The notes beneath the pieces are model-generated. The model was not told the origin of the DNA, searched no databases, and worked only from the letters and a program-made list of their open reading frames with translations. A stretch of 64,000 nt of DNA from assembly GCA_043228905.1 (NCBI GenBank), contig JBHGNT010000006.1, forward strand, positions 3,658,001 through 3,722,000, written 5' to 3'. The position numbers and the translations under genes are program-made. Source of the DNA: Azolla caroliniana (lineage: Eukaryota > Plantae > Polypodiophyta). How positions within the stretch are numbered: position 1 is the first letter of the stretch; each line of letters opens with the position of its first letter. Below, piece after piece: positions 35,749-48,740 of the stretch.

Positions 35749-36468
35749 GTGAAATTCACATAAGAGATCAAAACTATCCTAGTTAGTTTCTTACTTCTTA
35801 CTCAATTCATAGTTCATACAAAGGTACCCATTTGGATTGGCTTAGCTAAAAAGGGTGTGCTAAAAGGGTGGCACCTGTTGGACACCTAGTTGAGTTGTAA
35901 CAATGTTGAGGACATTCCAGTGGAACTGGCGGCCCTGATAAGAGGATTGTTGGATGGGGCTAGTGACGGAAAACGAGCTAGCAATTGGCGGATTGAGATC
36001 AATCCCTCCCGTGGACTGATGGCCACCTAGACTTGGTTGAGGTGGGGGACAAGAGGGCTATAGGAGGATAGAGATCCATCGTTCTTGTGGAATGAGCTAA
36101 GGTGGGGGACATGAGGGCTATCGGGTCAGAGGGGGATCGGGGAAAGATCAATTAGCGGATAGAGATCAATCCCTCCTGCGGATTGAGGGCCACCTAGACT
36201 TGGCTGAGGTGGGGGACAAGAGGGCTATTGTGTAGGACGGGGATCGGGGAAACTCGTGGGAAAAGAAGCTAGTGGGCAACCTAGGTGAAGGGGAAGAGGT
36301 GGAAGCTTGGATGTGGGGGACTGGTACCCCGCATCTCCATCAATATGTGAAATTCACATAAAAGATCAAAACCAACTTAGTTAGCTTCTTACTTCTTGCT
36401 CAGTTTATAGTTTATACAAAGGTACCCATTTGGGTTGGCTTAGCTAAAAAGGGTGTGCTAAAAGGGTG
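35749..36468. repeat. ~120-bp direct repeats (35749-35871, 36346-36468) bracketing an LTR-like segment (35876-36345)
   Basis: tgtgaaattcacata...taaaagggtgg occurs twice. The inner GC-rich segment runs TGTTG...CAATA and has its own ~70-bp duplication. Confidence 0.7.
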
Positions 36469-37985
36469 GTTGGCTTAGGTACATGTATCCTAAAAAGGTG
36501 TGCTAAAAGGGTGCCACAAAGGAACACATGCACACCACAATATCTCAACAGTATGGTACTATGTATCATGGAAGATTGTCAAAATTTTATTTGTGTTATC
36601 TTGAGAAAACTCAATTTATTGTCCATTAGCATCATGGGCCTTTGCATTTTCACATGATGGAAATCTTGGCAATGTTAATATAGTTGTAACTTGTAAAACC
36701 AATCACATTGCTCTAGATTAGTTAAGTAAATTTGATTGCCAATTGTGCAAGCGTGAAGGTGACAAAGGAACAAACAATAGGGATGTCAATTCATTCTCTT
36801 GACTCTCATAGATAATACCAAAGTAAACTCCTTTCTCTAAATAGGCAAACCAACAACATGTTAAGTATGTCCAGGTTGGAAACTAATGGAAAATATAGAG
36901 TACACATGTAAGCAAGTGAGTTCATTCAATGTCCAAGATAAGGAAACGGGGATACACAATTGACAACATGTGACTCGATGATATTAAACAATAGATGTGA
37001 AATGAAAAATGAGTTAATACTAAGTCAAAAGGGTCACTTTAGAGCCTCGTGTCAATCATATGAAGGCAAGAAAGAAAGACTACAAAAAGGCAACCAACAA
37101 CAAGAGCAACAATGTGATAAGAGAAATGTTGAAGACGTTTTGGATTAACAAGAACTTCAAACACACCAACAAGGATATTAGGAATGAGTCACAAATGATG
37201 TTAAGATTTCAACCCCAATTTTATACTATGAAAATACTCATCATGTTGTGGTAAATATTGTCTTGATCAAGAAGAGAGGTTGTAAGAACATTGGAGGCAT
37301 CCCTTTGGCATTGTGATAGGATACTTTTTGTGTGATCAAAAGGCGAAATGGGAGGGGGAAGATGAATGCAATCTTGTTTCCATCATTGTGAGCGTGACAA
37401 CCAAACAACATGCATCAACCAATCCCCACCTTCGGTCAACAGTCTATCATTCTCAGTTCCACCTATGGGCAAAAAATATTGATGATCCTAAGCGGCCTAG
37501 CTATATAATTATGTCTAAAACTAGACACACTACACAAGGAGGATGGATTGATTCAAGAACGTATACACTACACCACACTTACGAAGGTGGGATATGGTGG
37601 CAAAAAATAAGACGTTACAAAGTTGAACCATAACAATCAAAGAGTACATCATGGATCCTCCCAGTTAGAAATGCAACTTGCACCGAAGCACAACCTTAGA
37701 GGAGTTTTGTGATCATTAAGGAGTACGCACGTGAAAAAGGCAATGCCTTGTACTCTAAATACTTACTATAAAAATGAGTAACAGACATAACATGCTCATA
37801 TGTAACATACCCATGTGAAAAAGGCAATGACTTGTACTCTAAATAAAATACTTACTATAAAAATGAGAAAGTTAATTGGGACCCCTCAAAATTTTTATCA
37901 GACACAAGAAAAAAAGGTAAAAAAAACTATTGTTTCAGTATACAAAAAAAATTGGCTGAAATATCATTCAACATCAGGGTTTTCA

Positions 37986-38263
37986 CAAAGTTGCACTTGG
38001 TAGTAAATGGAGGGAGGAGGGCTTAGATGACACTTGCATGTAGGCTTATTGGAGAAAGTTGTGGGTAGCTGACTTGCCTAAAAAATGCAAATCCCTTCTC
38101 TGGCTTAGCAGCCATAAAGTCCTAACAAAGTTGCACTTGGTAGTAAATGGAGGGAGGAGGGCTTAGATGACACTTGCATGTAGGCTTATTGAAGAAAGTT
38201 GTGGGTAGCTGACTTGCCTAAAAAATGCAAATCCCTTTTTTGGCTTGGCAACCATAAAGTCCT
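37986..38263. repeat. Near-identical tandem duplication, ~139 bp x2
   Basis: acaaagttgcacttggtag...ccataaagtcct occurs twice. Confidence 0.9.
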
Positions 38264-39796
38264 CATGGTTGGAAATTGTCATGGACATGAAAGTCATGTC
38301 ATGATTCGAACTCTTGACCTATTGTATTTAATTGATATGTTTTGACCAATACATCTGATACATAATCATGTCACCTTTTTAGATTATTGTAGATTATCTA
38401 TTCTACATGTAGGATTTTAGAAGCTTCCAAAAAGCTCCAAAAGCTAGAACATTCTAGAAGCTTGTGCATGAAAATGAGTCTTTGCATGGGCTACATTTAG
38501 AGCCCATAAACATCTATAAATATAGGGGTTCACCTTGGCCTTAGTCAAGGTGAACAACACCAATTACAAAATCATAATTCAGTTGTTGTTCTCTTGACTA
38601 CTTTCTCTGTCTCTTTCTTATTATCTTGTCTATGATCTCTCTCTCACTCTCTTAGTATTGAGCCTCGTCTACTTGTCCATGACAATTTTTTCACCTTCCA
38701 TCTCCAAAGCCTCATCATGTTAGATTCTACCGAGAACATAAATCAACTATTGGCAGCCGTGCATCAACTTCAACTTGAAAATGAGAATCTTTGGGAATCT
38801 CTCCAGAAACTCTTGCTAGGACTCCAATGGAATTGGAGAATGAAGAACCCAAGTGCCCTCCTACATCAAGGAATCTCCAATCTGTAGAGCTTGGCCCCTC
38901 GTCAATTCTCACTCCAATTCCTCTTCACCCCACTTCAACTATAGAACCCAATGTTAGTTTACCCGACAAGTTCGATGGCACAAGGGCGCGATTCCGGGGT
39001 TTCATAAATCAGATCAAGCTTATTATTCGGCTACAACCCCAAAGATATGCGCATGTGATGTTCAATGGGACGACCAAGCCCTTTGTGACCATTTTCGTCG
39101 GGGCCTTCGAAGTGATGTTAAGAATCTACTACTAAACTTCCCATAGCTGACTTCATTATCGCAAGCAGTTAGTTATGACAACTGCCTTTTTGAACTTCGA
39201 CAAGAGGAAGGGGCGACTTCCAAGTTGTCGCCCTTTCTCCACGTTGTTACCCGTTCCTTTGGGTGAACACCTTCGATAGATCTGCGTCTATCGGTCTTCA
39301 AGGGCGTGGTACTTGAAGGCTCGTACAGAGGCGTCGAGAGAGATACAGGGCTCAGAGAGAAAACACTAGCGAGGTTTTGATAGACGTGGCGGCGTGAAAC
39401 TCATAGGTATAGATCGAAACACAGACTCATGCAGCAAAATAGGCACAATTAAAATATATTACTATGGCAGAAAAGGATTACAGAACACGGCCTATGGCCG
39501 GTGACCTTACGAGTTTATCTAATTCGAATGACTAAGCTAGTGCTTCCGCCTATAATTTTCTTCTCTCCCTTTTTGAGGTACTGCTCCTTGTTTAAATAAC
39601 TTTTCCCCTAACACACCGCCGAGCCATCGGTGGCCTGTGATACTCGGACTCGGCGTTTGCGAATATCCTAATTTTACATTTCTGTCCTCTGGACAACACC
39701 TAGCACGCCCGTGGGATAGGACCTTGTCCGTCGGACCCACGACTTACAAAATACAAACAATATTACAAAAATTGCCTTTTAGGCGTGATCCTCGTT

Positions 39797-42700
39797 TCAT
39801 TCCTCCTTTAAGATGTCGAGGCTGCTTTCGGGGTCCGAGGTGGTGGCAGGGTGGTCTGGTTGGACTGTCGGTGCGGGGGGTTGAGTTTGGTTCGGGGGTG
39901 GCATATCTTCTCGGGCGTCCGCCTCGGGTGCGGCCGATTCTTCTGGTGGGGGTGTGGGTTCGTGGGTGCTGACCTCTCCTTCGACAGGCTCTGGTACCGT
40001 GTGGGCGTCCAAGGGATGTCTGTTGGTCGGGGCAAGTTCCTCTTGTGCCGTGTCCGTGATCTCCTCGCTGGGAGGTTCTTCTTTCTGCTCTGTGGCCGTT
40101 GGAGGGCTGGTGGGGATGGCTGCGAGTCGTTCTCGTTCGAAGGCTTCTGCTTCCAAGCGAAACAACATCTGACCGTCATTGAAGTCCATTATTTGCTCGA
40201 TTGCCGCGGTGTGAGATTTTGCCAAGGACTGGTAATCCTCGGTTAAATCTGCACGTAGGTTTTGAATGCTGGCTTCGTCCATTTTGTAGAAGCCGCGGCC
40301 CTCCTTCCGTCGGTTCTCGGCGTCGGCGCGTAAAATATGCAATTCGGCAGCTTGGGCTGCCCATTCGTCTCCTGCGCGACTTACTGTTTCCTCGACCTTT
40401 TTGGTAAGGTGTTGGCGCTGTTTCTCGAGCAGTATGCGGATGCGTGTCTCATCCATGCCGGGATGTGCTCGGATGGCTGCTAATTCCTGTTTTAAGCCGT
40501 CGACCTCAGCCTGAATCTTCTGTGTCCTTAGCTCATAGATGGTCTGACTGTTCTTTGCATCCGCGGTTACGAGCTGGAGAGCCTGCTTGTAACGCTTGGT
40601 GAGTTCTTCGGTGGCCTGCTCCCGTTCTTTCTGACACGTGGCGCGGATTTGTTCCCGTTCGACGATTCTCTCTTCTTGTAGGGCGAAGTAGGAATCCGAT
40701 AAGGCGTCTTTTTGCTCCGAAAGTAGCTTGCATTTGATGAAAAACTCGTCAGCCATCTCTTTAAGGGTCGTCCGCTGACTCTGCAGCTCGGCATTCTCCG
40801 CGTTCATCCTCTCCTCCCGTTCGCGATTTCTTTCCTCTTGCCGTTGGTTCCAGTTGCGTGCATTGTCGAGCGCGGCCTGTAGGTCTAGAACCTCCGTCTC
40901 TTTCTTCACCACTGTGGCTGCGTATTCCTCCAGCTTACTTTTGAGTTCGGCTTCCTTGGCCGTGGCTTGCGCTTGTACCCGACCCAGTGCTTCGTTCTGC
41001 TCGTGTATCCTTTGGTCGGCCTGGGCTCTTATCTCGGCCATCTGCTTGGAAGCTTCTTCTTTTAGGCGAGCCATCGCCTCTTGATGCCGTTGCTCGTGTC
41101 TCTCGGTTCGCCGTTGTACTTCTTTAAGCTCCACACGGTAATCCCGAAGCGGGGGTTCTGTCTGGGTTGCCACCTCCTTGGTTGCACGCGGTGCGGGTAG
41201 TTCGGTTTGCTCCACGACCGTGGCCGCCTCGTTTATTGTGCAGGCATCGACCATTTGTAATGAGTCTGTTTGTGTACTGGCCTGCACCTTCAGGATGGAG
41301 TCGGTGATGGTGCTTTCATCCATCATCGTTATGCGTGGAGGCGCTGGGAGGGCCTCGGTGGTCGTTACTGGAAGGCTCGGGACTTGTTGTTCCAGCCGGT
41401 TTTGCTCCCAGGCTGCCAGCTTCTGGTTCGCAGCGTGCCATAGTTCTGTAGCCATCTTAGCTTGTTTTTGGGCTACTTTTATCTTTCGGGCCATGTCTTT
41501 GGTTGCCCGCGTAGTGCGATCCAGGTCCCGATATGCCTCGATAAGGGCCGTGTTCAACTCGGGGACCTCCATGAGGAGAGCGGCCTATTTTGCGTGCTTC
41601 TTCCTCCCGATTTTTTGTAAAGCCCTGTCCTCCTGGGGCTCAATTTCACCTATTAGCGCGCGTTGAATCATTTTTGTTTCGGCGTGCTCTTCCGCCATCC
41701 GAGCGGCTGCCGCGACTTGGGCTCTGGCGAGGAAGTCGACCAGCTCGAATGACGTACCGAGGCGGAGGAGCGCACTAAATTCGTAAGCCTCCGCGGGGAG
41801 GTCCTTATACCCGAGGACTTCATCCTTCGAGATCTGTGTTGTCTGCCCATGCTCGATTGTTCCCTGGTTCAACGATGCCTCCGCAGGGGTGATGGCCAGG
41901 TTGCTTTGTCTGACCACTAAGGCTTGCTCCTGATGTGGCTCCTTCTGTTCTTCCGAGGACTCGCGGTTGAGTCATCTTCTTTTTCTTGGTTGTGTTTGGG
42001 GTTCCGGGGCCGGTAGTGTCGTTTCCTCCGCCTGCTTCCTTTTCTGGGGTCTTGGTGGTGCAGCCTGCTGTGTGTTGGAGCGTGGGCTAGGTCCTGGGGA
42101 CGTTACCGATGGGCGCAACGTTGGCTGTCGAATGGTGACGTCATCGGCCGTGTTGTCTGCCGCGGCTACCTCCCCCTCCCATTCTTGGCAGGTCTCGGAA
42201 ACTACCCTTTTTTGTTGGGGTTGGGCGGATGGTGGTGCAGATGCGGTTTTCTGGTCGGCGGCAGGGGGTGAAGGCGATATGGGCTCCTCCCATGCTTCGT
42301 GGCTGATGGCCACGAATTTCTCTCTCTGCCTCCGTGGTGGTGGTGGGGACTTGAGTGCGCGAGGGGAAGGAAGCGAAGAGGGTGGGTATAGCACCATCAA
42401 AAAGTGGGTAAGAACAGACAACATCTTCTTACCGGACTGAAATGAAGCTAAGGCGGCGCAGAGTCCTTCGCTTGTGATGATTCCCCAATCGATTTTGTTT
42501 CCTTCATAAGCGCTGATGATGATGGCTGCCTTGTTCTGCGGCATGCTCGTTGGGTTCGTATGCACGAACGCATACTCCATCAAGATACGAGCAATCTCCC
42601 CGAAAGCTTTGTTGGGCTCGCCATACGTGCGATATGCCTTCCCTGTGGTTGAGTACTCACCGAAGTACGCCTTCATCTTTGATGCCGGGGGTATGTCGAC

Positions 42701-42889
42701 CTCATGGTTCCCTCCCCGTTGCAGGTCCAAAACAGCCTGAAGCACGTTGTTGGTGATGGCTTCGGGACTTATACGTTTCGCCACAGTTTGGGCATCTGGG
42801 TGTGCGGGGGCATCGATGATCTTCAGGTAACCGCCCATTCCTCATTCCTGGAGCTAGGCGCGGGTTTCTGCTGAGGCGATAAGAGGCAT
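39797..42889 (-). pseudogene. Extra sense ORF 3' of pol (~1030 codons, 4 in-frame stops): globular N-terminus, Pro-rich linker, long coiled coil
   Basis: ORFs 41972-42838, 41585-41917 and 39797-41572 share one frame with the ATG at 42889. The C-terminal half is E/Q/K/R-rich and heptad-like. Confidence 0.75.
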
Positions 42890-43469
42890 AGTGGAGATGG
42901 AGGCTGGGTTCGACTGTGTGGAAGCGTGAAGCAAAGTGATGAGGCGAGGGCGAGCTACAACAGGAGCAGCAGGAAGTGGAAGTCTAGCAGAGAGGTTATG
43001 AGAGCGAAAGAGGGCTTGAGAGCAAGAGCGCTTCGCGTGATGAGGGCGAGATGGGGTTTCTGATCTTGATAGCAATGGAGATGGAGAGCGATAATGGTTT
43101 GTGCTGCGTTTTGGAAATGGTTTTGGTAACTTGTTCCTAGGGTTTTGTGCTTGCAGCGAATCCTGAAGATTCTGAGTCGTGGGTGCCATAATAAGTGACT
43201 AGCACCACGTGTCCTGAAGGTGAGTGGGGTGCTTCTAGTGCTTTGCATGTGGTTTGCATGTGTGAACAACTTAAATAGGTACTAACTGAGTGGTGGCGAG
43301 GGGTGGAGCATAGAGAGTTGAAGGTAACTTGAACTAAGAGTGGAAGTGAGGGGTGCTCCTAAAATTGTGGTGCCTCGGTGGGTGGTGTAGGTGTAGCTAA
43401 ACAATGGCTAAACTATTGTTAATCCTACCTACTACTACTTTTATTAATTTCAAGAAGGTGGGTGAGTCC

Positions 43470-46364
43470 TTATTCAGGGGGACACGTGGTGTCCTCCGTG
43501 GTGATCTCCCGAGTCTCGTTGGTGCCGTGTGGCTTGGTAAACGGGTTGGGTGGTATAGTCCCTCGATATGGTCTAAGCCGAAAACCATTGGCCCAACTTT
43601 TGACCGTGTCGCCGGCGAGTGTGCCGAGCTGGAACGTCCCGTTGAACTCGTTGATAATCCAGAATGGACCGGTCCACCGAAATCTTAATTTTCCCGGCAT
43701 TGACCCGAGTCGTGTTTGAAAAAGAAGAACTGGTTTGCCGATGGTGAGCTCCTTCTCCAGCCCATGTCGATGTCGATCCACGAAAGCCTTGCATTGTCGT
43801 TGGCGTTGTTCGAGCTGGGCCATACTCTCTATCCTATCTTCCCCGAGTTCGAGGAGTTGTTCCAGCCGGTATTGCTCGGATTCGGCCTCAGGGAGCCGTG
43901 CTTTGACTTGAACTCGGAGGCTCGGGACTTGGAACTTGACAGGCATTACGGCTTCTAACCCGAACGCCATTCTAAAGGGGGTCGATTGGATGCTTGTTTT
44001 GAAAGTCGTACGGTACGCCCACAACGCGCTCTGGAGTTTGTCATCCCAATCGGTCCTGTTCTCATTGACGATATTCTTCAGTATGGTTTGGAGGATTTTA
44101 TTTGTTGATTCTGCCAAGCCGTTCGCCTGCGGGTAGTATGGTGTGCTTTTCTTGTGCACCACCACGTAGTGGTGTGTAAGCTCACATATTATATGATTGA
44201 TGAAGTGCCCACCTTGGTCACTAAGGAGCTCGATTGGAAATCCGTAACGGCACCAGCGGTGCTCGTACACAAATTTAGTCGTGGATGCCGCCGTGTTATC
44301 TCGGAGTGCCTTAGCCTTGACCCATTTGGTGCAGTAATCCGTGGCAACGATAATATATCTATTCCCTGTTCGGGCCGCGGGTGGTTTGAAAGGGCCTACA
44401 AAATCCAAACCCCATTTTTGAAATGGGTCCAACGGAAGAATCGGCTGGTGTGGCATCCGTGACTGTTCCATTGGTTGCCCCAGTCGTTGGCACAAATCGC
44501 ATTGCCTGCAAAATTCGTGACCGTCTTTCTTCGTTGTTGGCCACCATAATCCACTTTGCCAAACTTTCCTTGCCGTGGAATCCCCGGCGTAGTGTCCCCC
44601 AGCTATTCCCTGGTGGGCTTCCTGAAGAATGGCGTTCTTCTCGAACTGCCGAATCGCTCGGCGCCATATGCCGTCTGAGCCTTTGTGGTAGAGAATGTCC
44701 GAGACGAGGCAAAAATTCCGACTACGCACTGCTAGGCGTTTTCTCGTGTCAAGGGTCATGTGCTTGGGAGGTACACCGGTAGTGAGAAAATGGGTAGTCT
44801 CCGTGATCCATTCATCTCCATTATCGTCTGGTACCATGGTCAAGTTAAATAGGCTGGTGTCCGGTAGCTCGTTGTACGTTGTTTTCGCCGGTTCTCCTGA
44901 TTCAAGACGGCTCAAGTAATCGGCGACGGCATGTCGTACCCCGGGTCGATGTTGAATCTGAAAATCAAACTCTTGTAGTAGGAGCATCCACCGAGCCAAC
45001 CGTCCGGTGAGGGCTTGTTTATTGACCAAATAAATAAGGGTCGAGTGATCCACGTGAAAGGTAAATTTTTGGCCCAAGAGGTAATGCCGAAATTTATTGA
45101 TGCTATAAATCATACCGAGGGCCTCCCGCTCGGTGGTGGAGTAATTCTTTTCCGCGGTCGAGAGCCGTTGGCTGGCCTAGTACACGGGCCTATACCAATT
45201 CGGGGGTGTGCATTGCATCAGAGCACTTCTGATGGCGATGTCTGAAGCATCCACGAAGACATGAAACGGTTCGGACCAAACCGGAGATTGGACCACCAGG
45301 GCATGTGACAACATTCGTTTGAGGGTCTGATAGGCCGTGTCCTCGACTGACGTCCATTGGAAAGGAAGGCGATGGACTGCCACGTGTAAGGGTGTCGTGA
45401 AATCGGCCAAGTGTCGTATCATTCGGCTGTGCCACCGGATCTGTCCCAAAAAACGGCTTAGTGCCTTAGCGTTCGAGGGTGCGGTGGCCTCCAGGATTGC
45501 CTTTACTTTATCCGGGTCCATAGCGATGCCTTCTTGACTAACAATGTGGCCGAGAAGGTTGCCGCTGGTGACTAAGAATGCGCATTTTGCTGGGTTTAAA
45601 CTCAATCGAGCTTGGCGACATTGGTCCAGGCAGAGTCGTAACTGGGTCATGTGTTCCCGTCGATGGCCATACATGGCGAAATCGTCGAGAAAAACTTGCA
45701 TGAACGCCGGGATGTAGTCATGAAAGATTTCAGTGATGATGTGTTGGAACGTAGCCGGCGCTGTTTTTAGACCGAACATCATAACTTCTGCTACAAAAAC
45801 ACCCCATTCCGTGACGAAAGCGGTTTTCTCCTGATCCTCCGGGTGCATTCTTATCTGGTTATAGCCGCTGAACCCATCGAGGAAACTGTAGCATTCGTGG
45901 TCGGCTACCGTGTCGAGGACGCTATCCATGAATGGGAGAGGGAAACCGTCGGTGACTGTTGTCGTGTTAAGCTTCCGATAGTCGACGCAGACGCGGATTT
46001 TTCCGTTCTTCTTTGGAACCACTACGATCGGGCTCAACCATGTAGCCCGTTTAACAGGGCGAATGAAGCCCACTCGGAGTAACTTGTCAATTTCCTCTTT
46101 GACTTTAGCGGCGTAGTTGGGGTTCATTCTGTAGCGCCTCTGCTGAACCGGCCGAGTGTCGGGTAAGATGTGAATTTGATGTTGGTAGTATTGAGGATCC
46201 AGCCCCTTCATATCGGTGTAAGACCAAGCGAAAACATCCTGGTAGTCAGTGAGTAATTTTACGAGGCATGCCCATTCGCCGGTTGGTAGATTATTGGCAA
46301 TTTGTACCGTACGGGGATTCTCGTCCGAACCGAGGTTTATTGTTTCCAGGGTTGATGCTTTCAC
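43470..46364 (-). pseudogene. gypsy pol: RT, RNase H, integrase
   Basis: LDGFSGYNQI, MMFGLKTAPATF, FLDDF, VDASD, LARWMLLLQEFDF, H..GH..CDLCQ, WGLDFVGP, SDQG, NGLAE, WTGPF. One TAG at 45179-45177. Confidence 0.93.
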
Positions 46365-48740
46365 TCATTGTGAAACGACGAGTTCGCGTTCGAAAGCCTC
46401 CCGAGCATGACGTAGCTCGGCAACTGTGGTTGCATCGGGTTCATCCTGGGGTGGTGACTCCTCCGTGACTTCCTCGTCTTTAGATGGCTCGATGGTTGGT
46501 AAGGCATTGATTTCGAAGAGAGGAATGATCGTGGGATGATCATCTAGGAAGTCATCGACCTCCTCATCGGCCAATCCGTCGAGCATATGGACCCCTTCCG
46601 CGTATAACGGCGAAGTGTTGAGGGCGACGGGGACTCGTTCTTCAGTGATGATCCGGACCTTTGTCTTCCCCCTTCGGAACGAGATCATGTTGTGTTGCCA
46701 ATGTTGCTTGATATTCTCTGTACGCAACCACGGTTGACCTAGTAACATTGGGTAGGCGCCTTGTGTCTCCAGTCGTAGCACGACGGCCGAGATCGTGAAC
46801 ATGTGGCCTCCAAGTGTGAAGTCGAGATGGCGGATTAAACCAATGGGGCGAACGGAGCGGGTGTCGGCCATCCGAAGCCAAAAGGGGCATGTTTCCCATT
46901 GATTCAGGCCGAGTTTGAGACACGTTGATTCGCTAATAACGTTTACGCCGGATCCGCCGTCGATGATGCATCCGTGCAGGTCTTGTCCCTTAATGATGAT
47001 TCGCACGGCTGGGTTCTGAGAATCCATGAGTGGTGGACCGGTTCCTGCTTCGGTGAGGTGTACCGGTGGTGTCACGGCCGTAGTATTGGCCTGTAGTGCC
47101 GCCAGGGTGTCCCGAAATCTCAGCATGAGTGGTAGCAATTTATGTAGGGGCAGCGAGATGCGGGAGTTGGTAAGAACATCCCATAGCTGGTTGTCCTCCT
47201 CCGACGTGGATGGTGTCGGGGTTTGTGATACTTTGCTGGGCCCGTCCTTCATGTCATTTTGCATGCGTGCGGCATTATTTTTATTGGCCGTGTCGACCCA
47301 TTCTTTTGCTGCATGTCGTACTTCATCCTGGATTTGCCACTGAGTAGTCTGTGATTTACTCCGGGTAGTGACCGTTTGAACATCGGCCATGATACTGTTT
47401 ACCGCAGGTGCCTTGCCACGGTTGGTTGTCGGACATTGCGTGGCGTAGTGGCCTGGTTGGTTACATTTAAAACATGTCACATTGGCCGAGCTGCTGGTGT
47501 CCGGTCGGTCTGTGTGTGGAAGCTGTTGTTGTTGATCCTCGGTCTCGTTTGGTGGTGGGTTGTTCCGAGGTGCATTGGAGTTGCGTTGGTCATGTTGAGG
47601 AGCGTCCCGTCGGCGGTTGTGATTAGATCTTCTGTTGTTGCGTGTGTTGCGATTGCCGTTTCGCTGATCCATGCGTGAGTTCCTTCGGTCATACCGATCA
47701 TCGCGATCGTCATCGTATCGAGCATAATCGTCGTGCCGGTCATCGCGATAATAATCACGGCGATTATCACGTTGGTAGTCGTCGTTTCGGCGCCATCGAT
47801 CCGGGGATCGCGGTTGGTCGTTATCCTGGTCGCGGTAGATATATCGCTCGTCTTGCCGAGAGTATGTATTTCGTGGCTCGATCTGGCGAACCGGTGCCGC
47901 CGTTGTACGGTTCAGCATATTATATTCGCACTGCTCGACCGTGTGAACTCAAGACTGACAGATCGGACATTGTGGTCGGTGGGGACATTCGAGGGCTAGG
48001 TGTCCTGATCCTGAACACGCAATGCATTGGAGGGCTTGGCGAAAGCGATTGTCCTCTTGGGGAAGGGCGTTTTGTAAGGATGTCATCGAGAAGACCGTGT
48101 CGTGCTAGTTCCAATCGAGGGCGAGAACGTGCGCTATGACTTGTTCGATAGTATGGTTGGCGAAATTTGTAAGTGCGAGAGTCGTTCGTAGAGGCTCTCG
48201 TAAACTGGATAGGAAAGTGTCCGGTATATGTTGTGTCGAGACATCATCGGTCACTTGTCTGTAGAGATCCTGGAACCAGATCGTGAACTGCGCGACTGTT
48301 TCGTGCGGTTCCTAGCATATAGAGAAGAATTGTTGTAGCAGTTCCCGTTTAGGCACCTCGCGATGAAAAAGTTCAAGGAACTTTGTGCGCACGATTTGGA
48401 AAGTGGTGGCCTCTCCTATTTCGAGACGAGAGTACCATCGTGCGGTCGGTCCCTCGAGGGAGAGTGTGAACTCGGCAATCTTCGATGCATCGATTTCGGC
48501 CGGTGTGAGGCGGTGCGTGGAGTGGTTAGCCTGCCACATGGATATGAAGGCACGGACGTGTGACTCCGCGTCAGGTCCGTCGGCATATCGTGGGTATGGG
48601 TACGGCATGATGTCGTACTGTGGTTCTTCTGGTAGCACCGGAAAAGGGTTTAGTTCCGGTTGGTTAACCTCCGGAGGGCTCGACGGGGGCTTTGGTGGTG
48701 AATCCACTCTCGATCGAGTGTCCGGTGGTGAGGATTGCAC
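46365..48740 (-). pseudogene. gypsy gag, zinc knuckle and protease
   Basis: LEGPTARWY..FLELF (capsid), CFKCNQPGHYATQC (CCHC), IIDGGSGVNVI (protease). Interrupted by stops. Confidence 0.88.

Noticed and set aside
39054-39244. Extension of the nested gypsy 3' LTR to 39054
   Set aside because: LTR similarity starts at 39245, and the 5-bp CACGT/CACAT TSD fits that boundary better.
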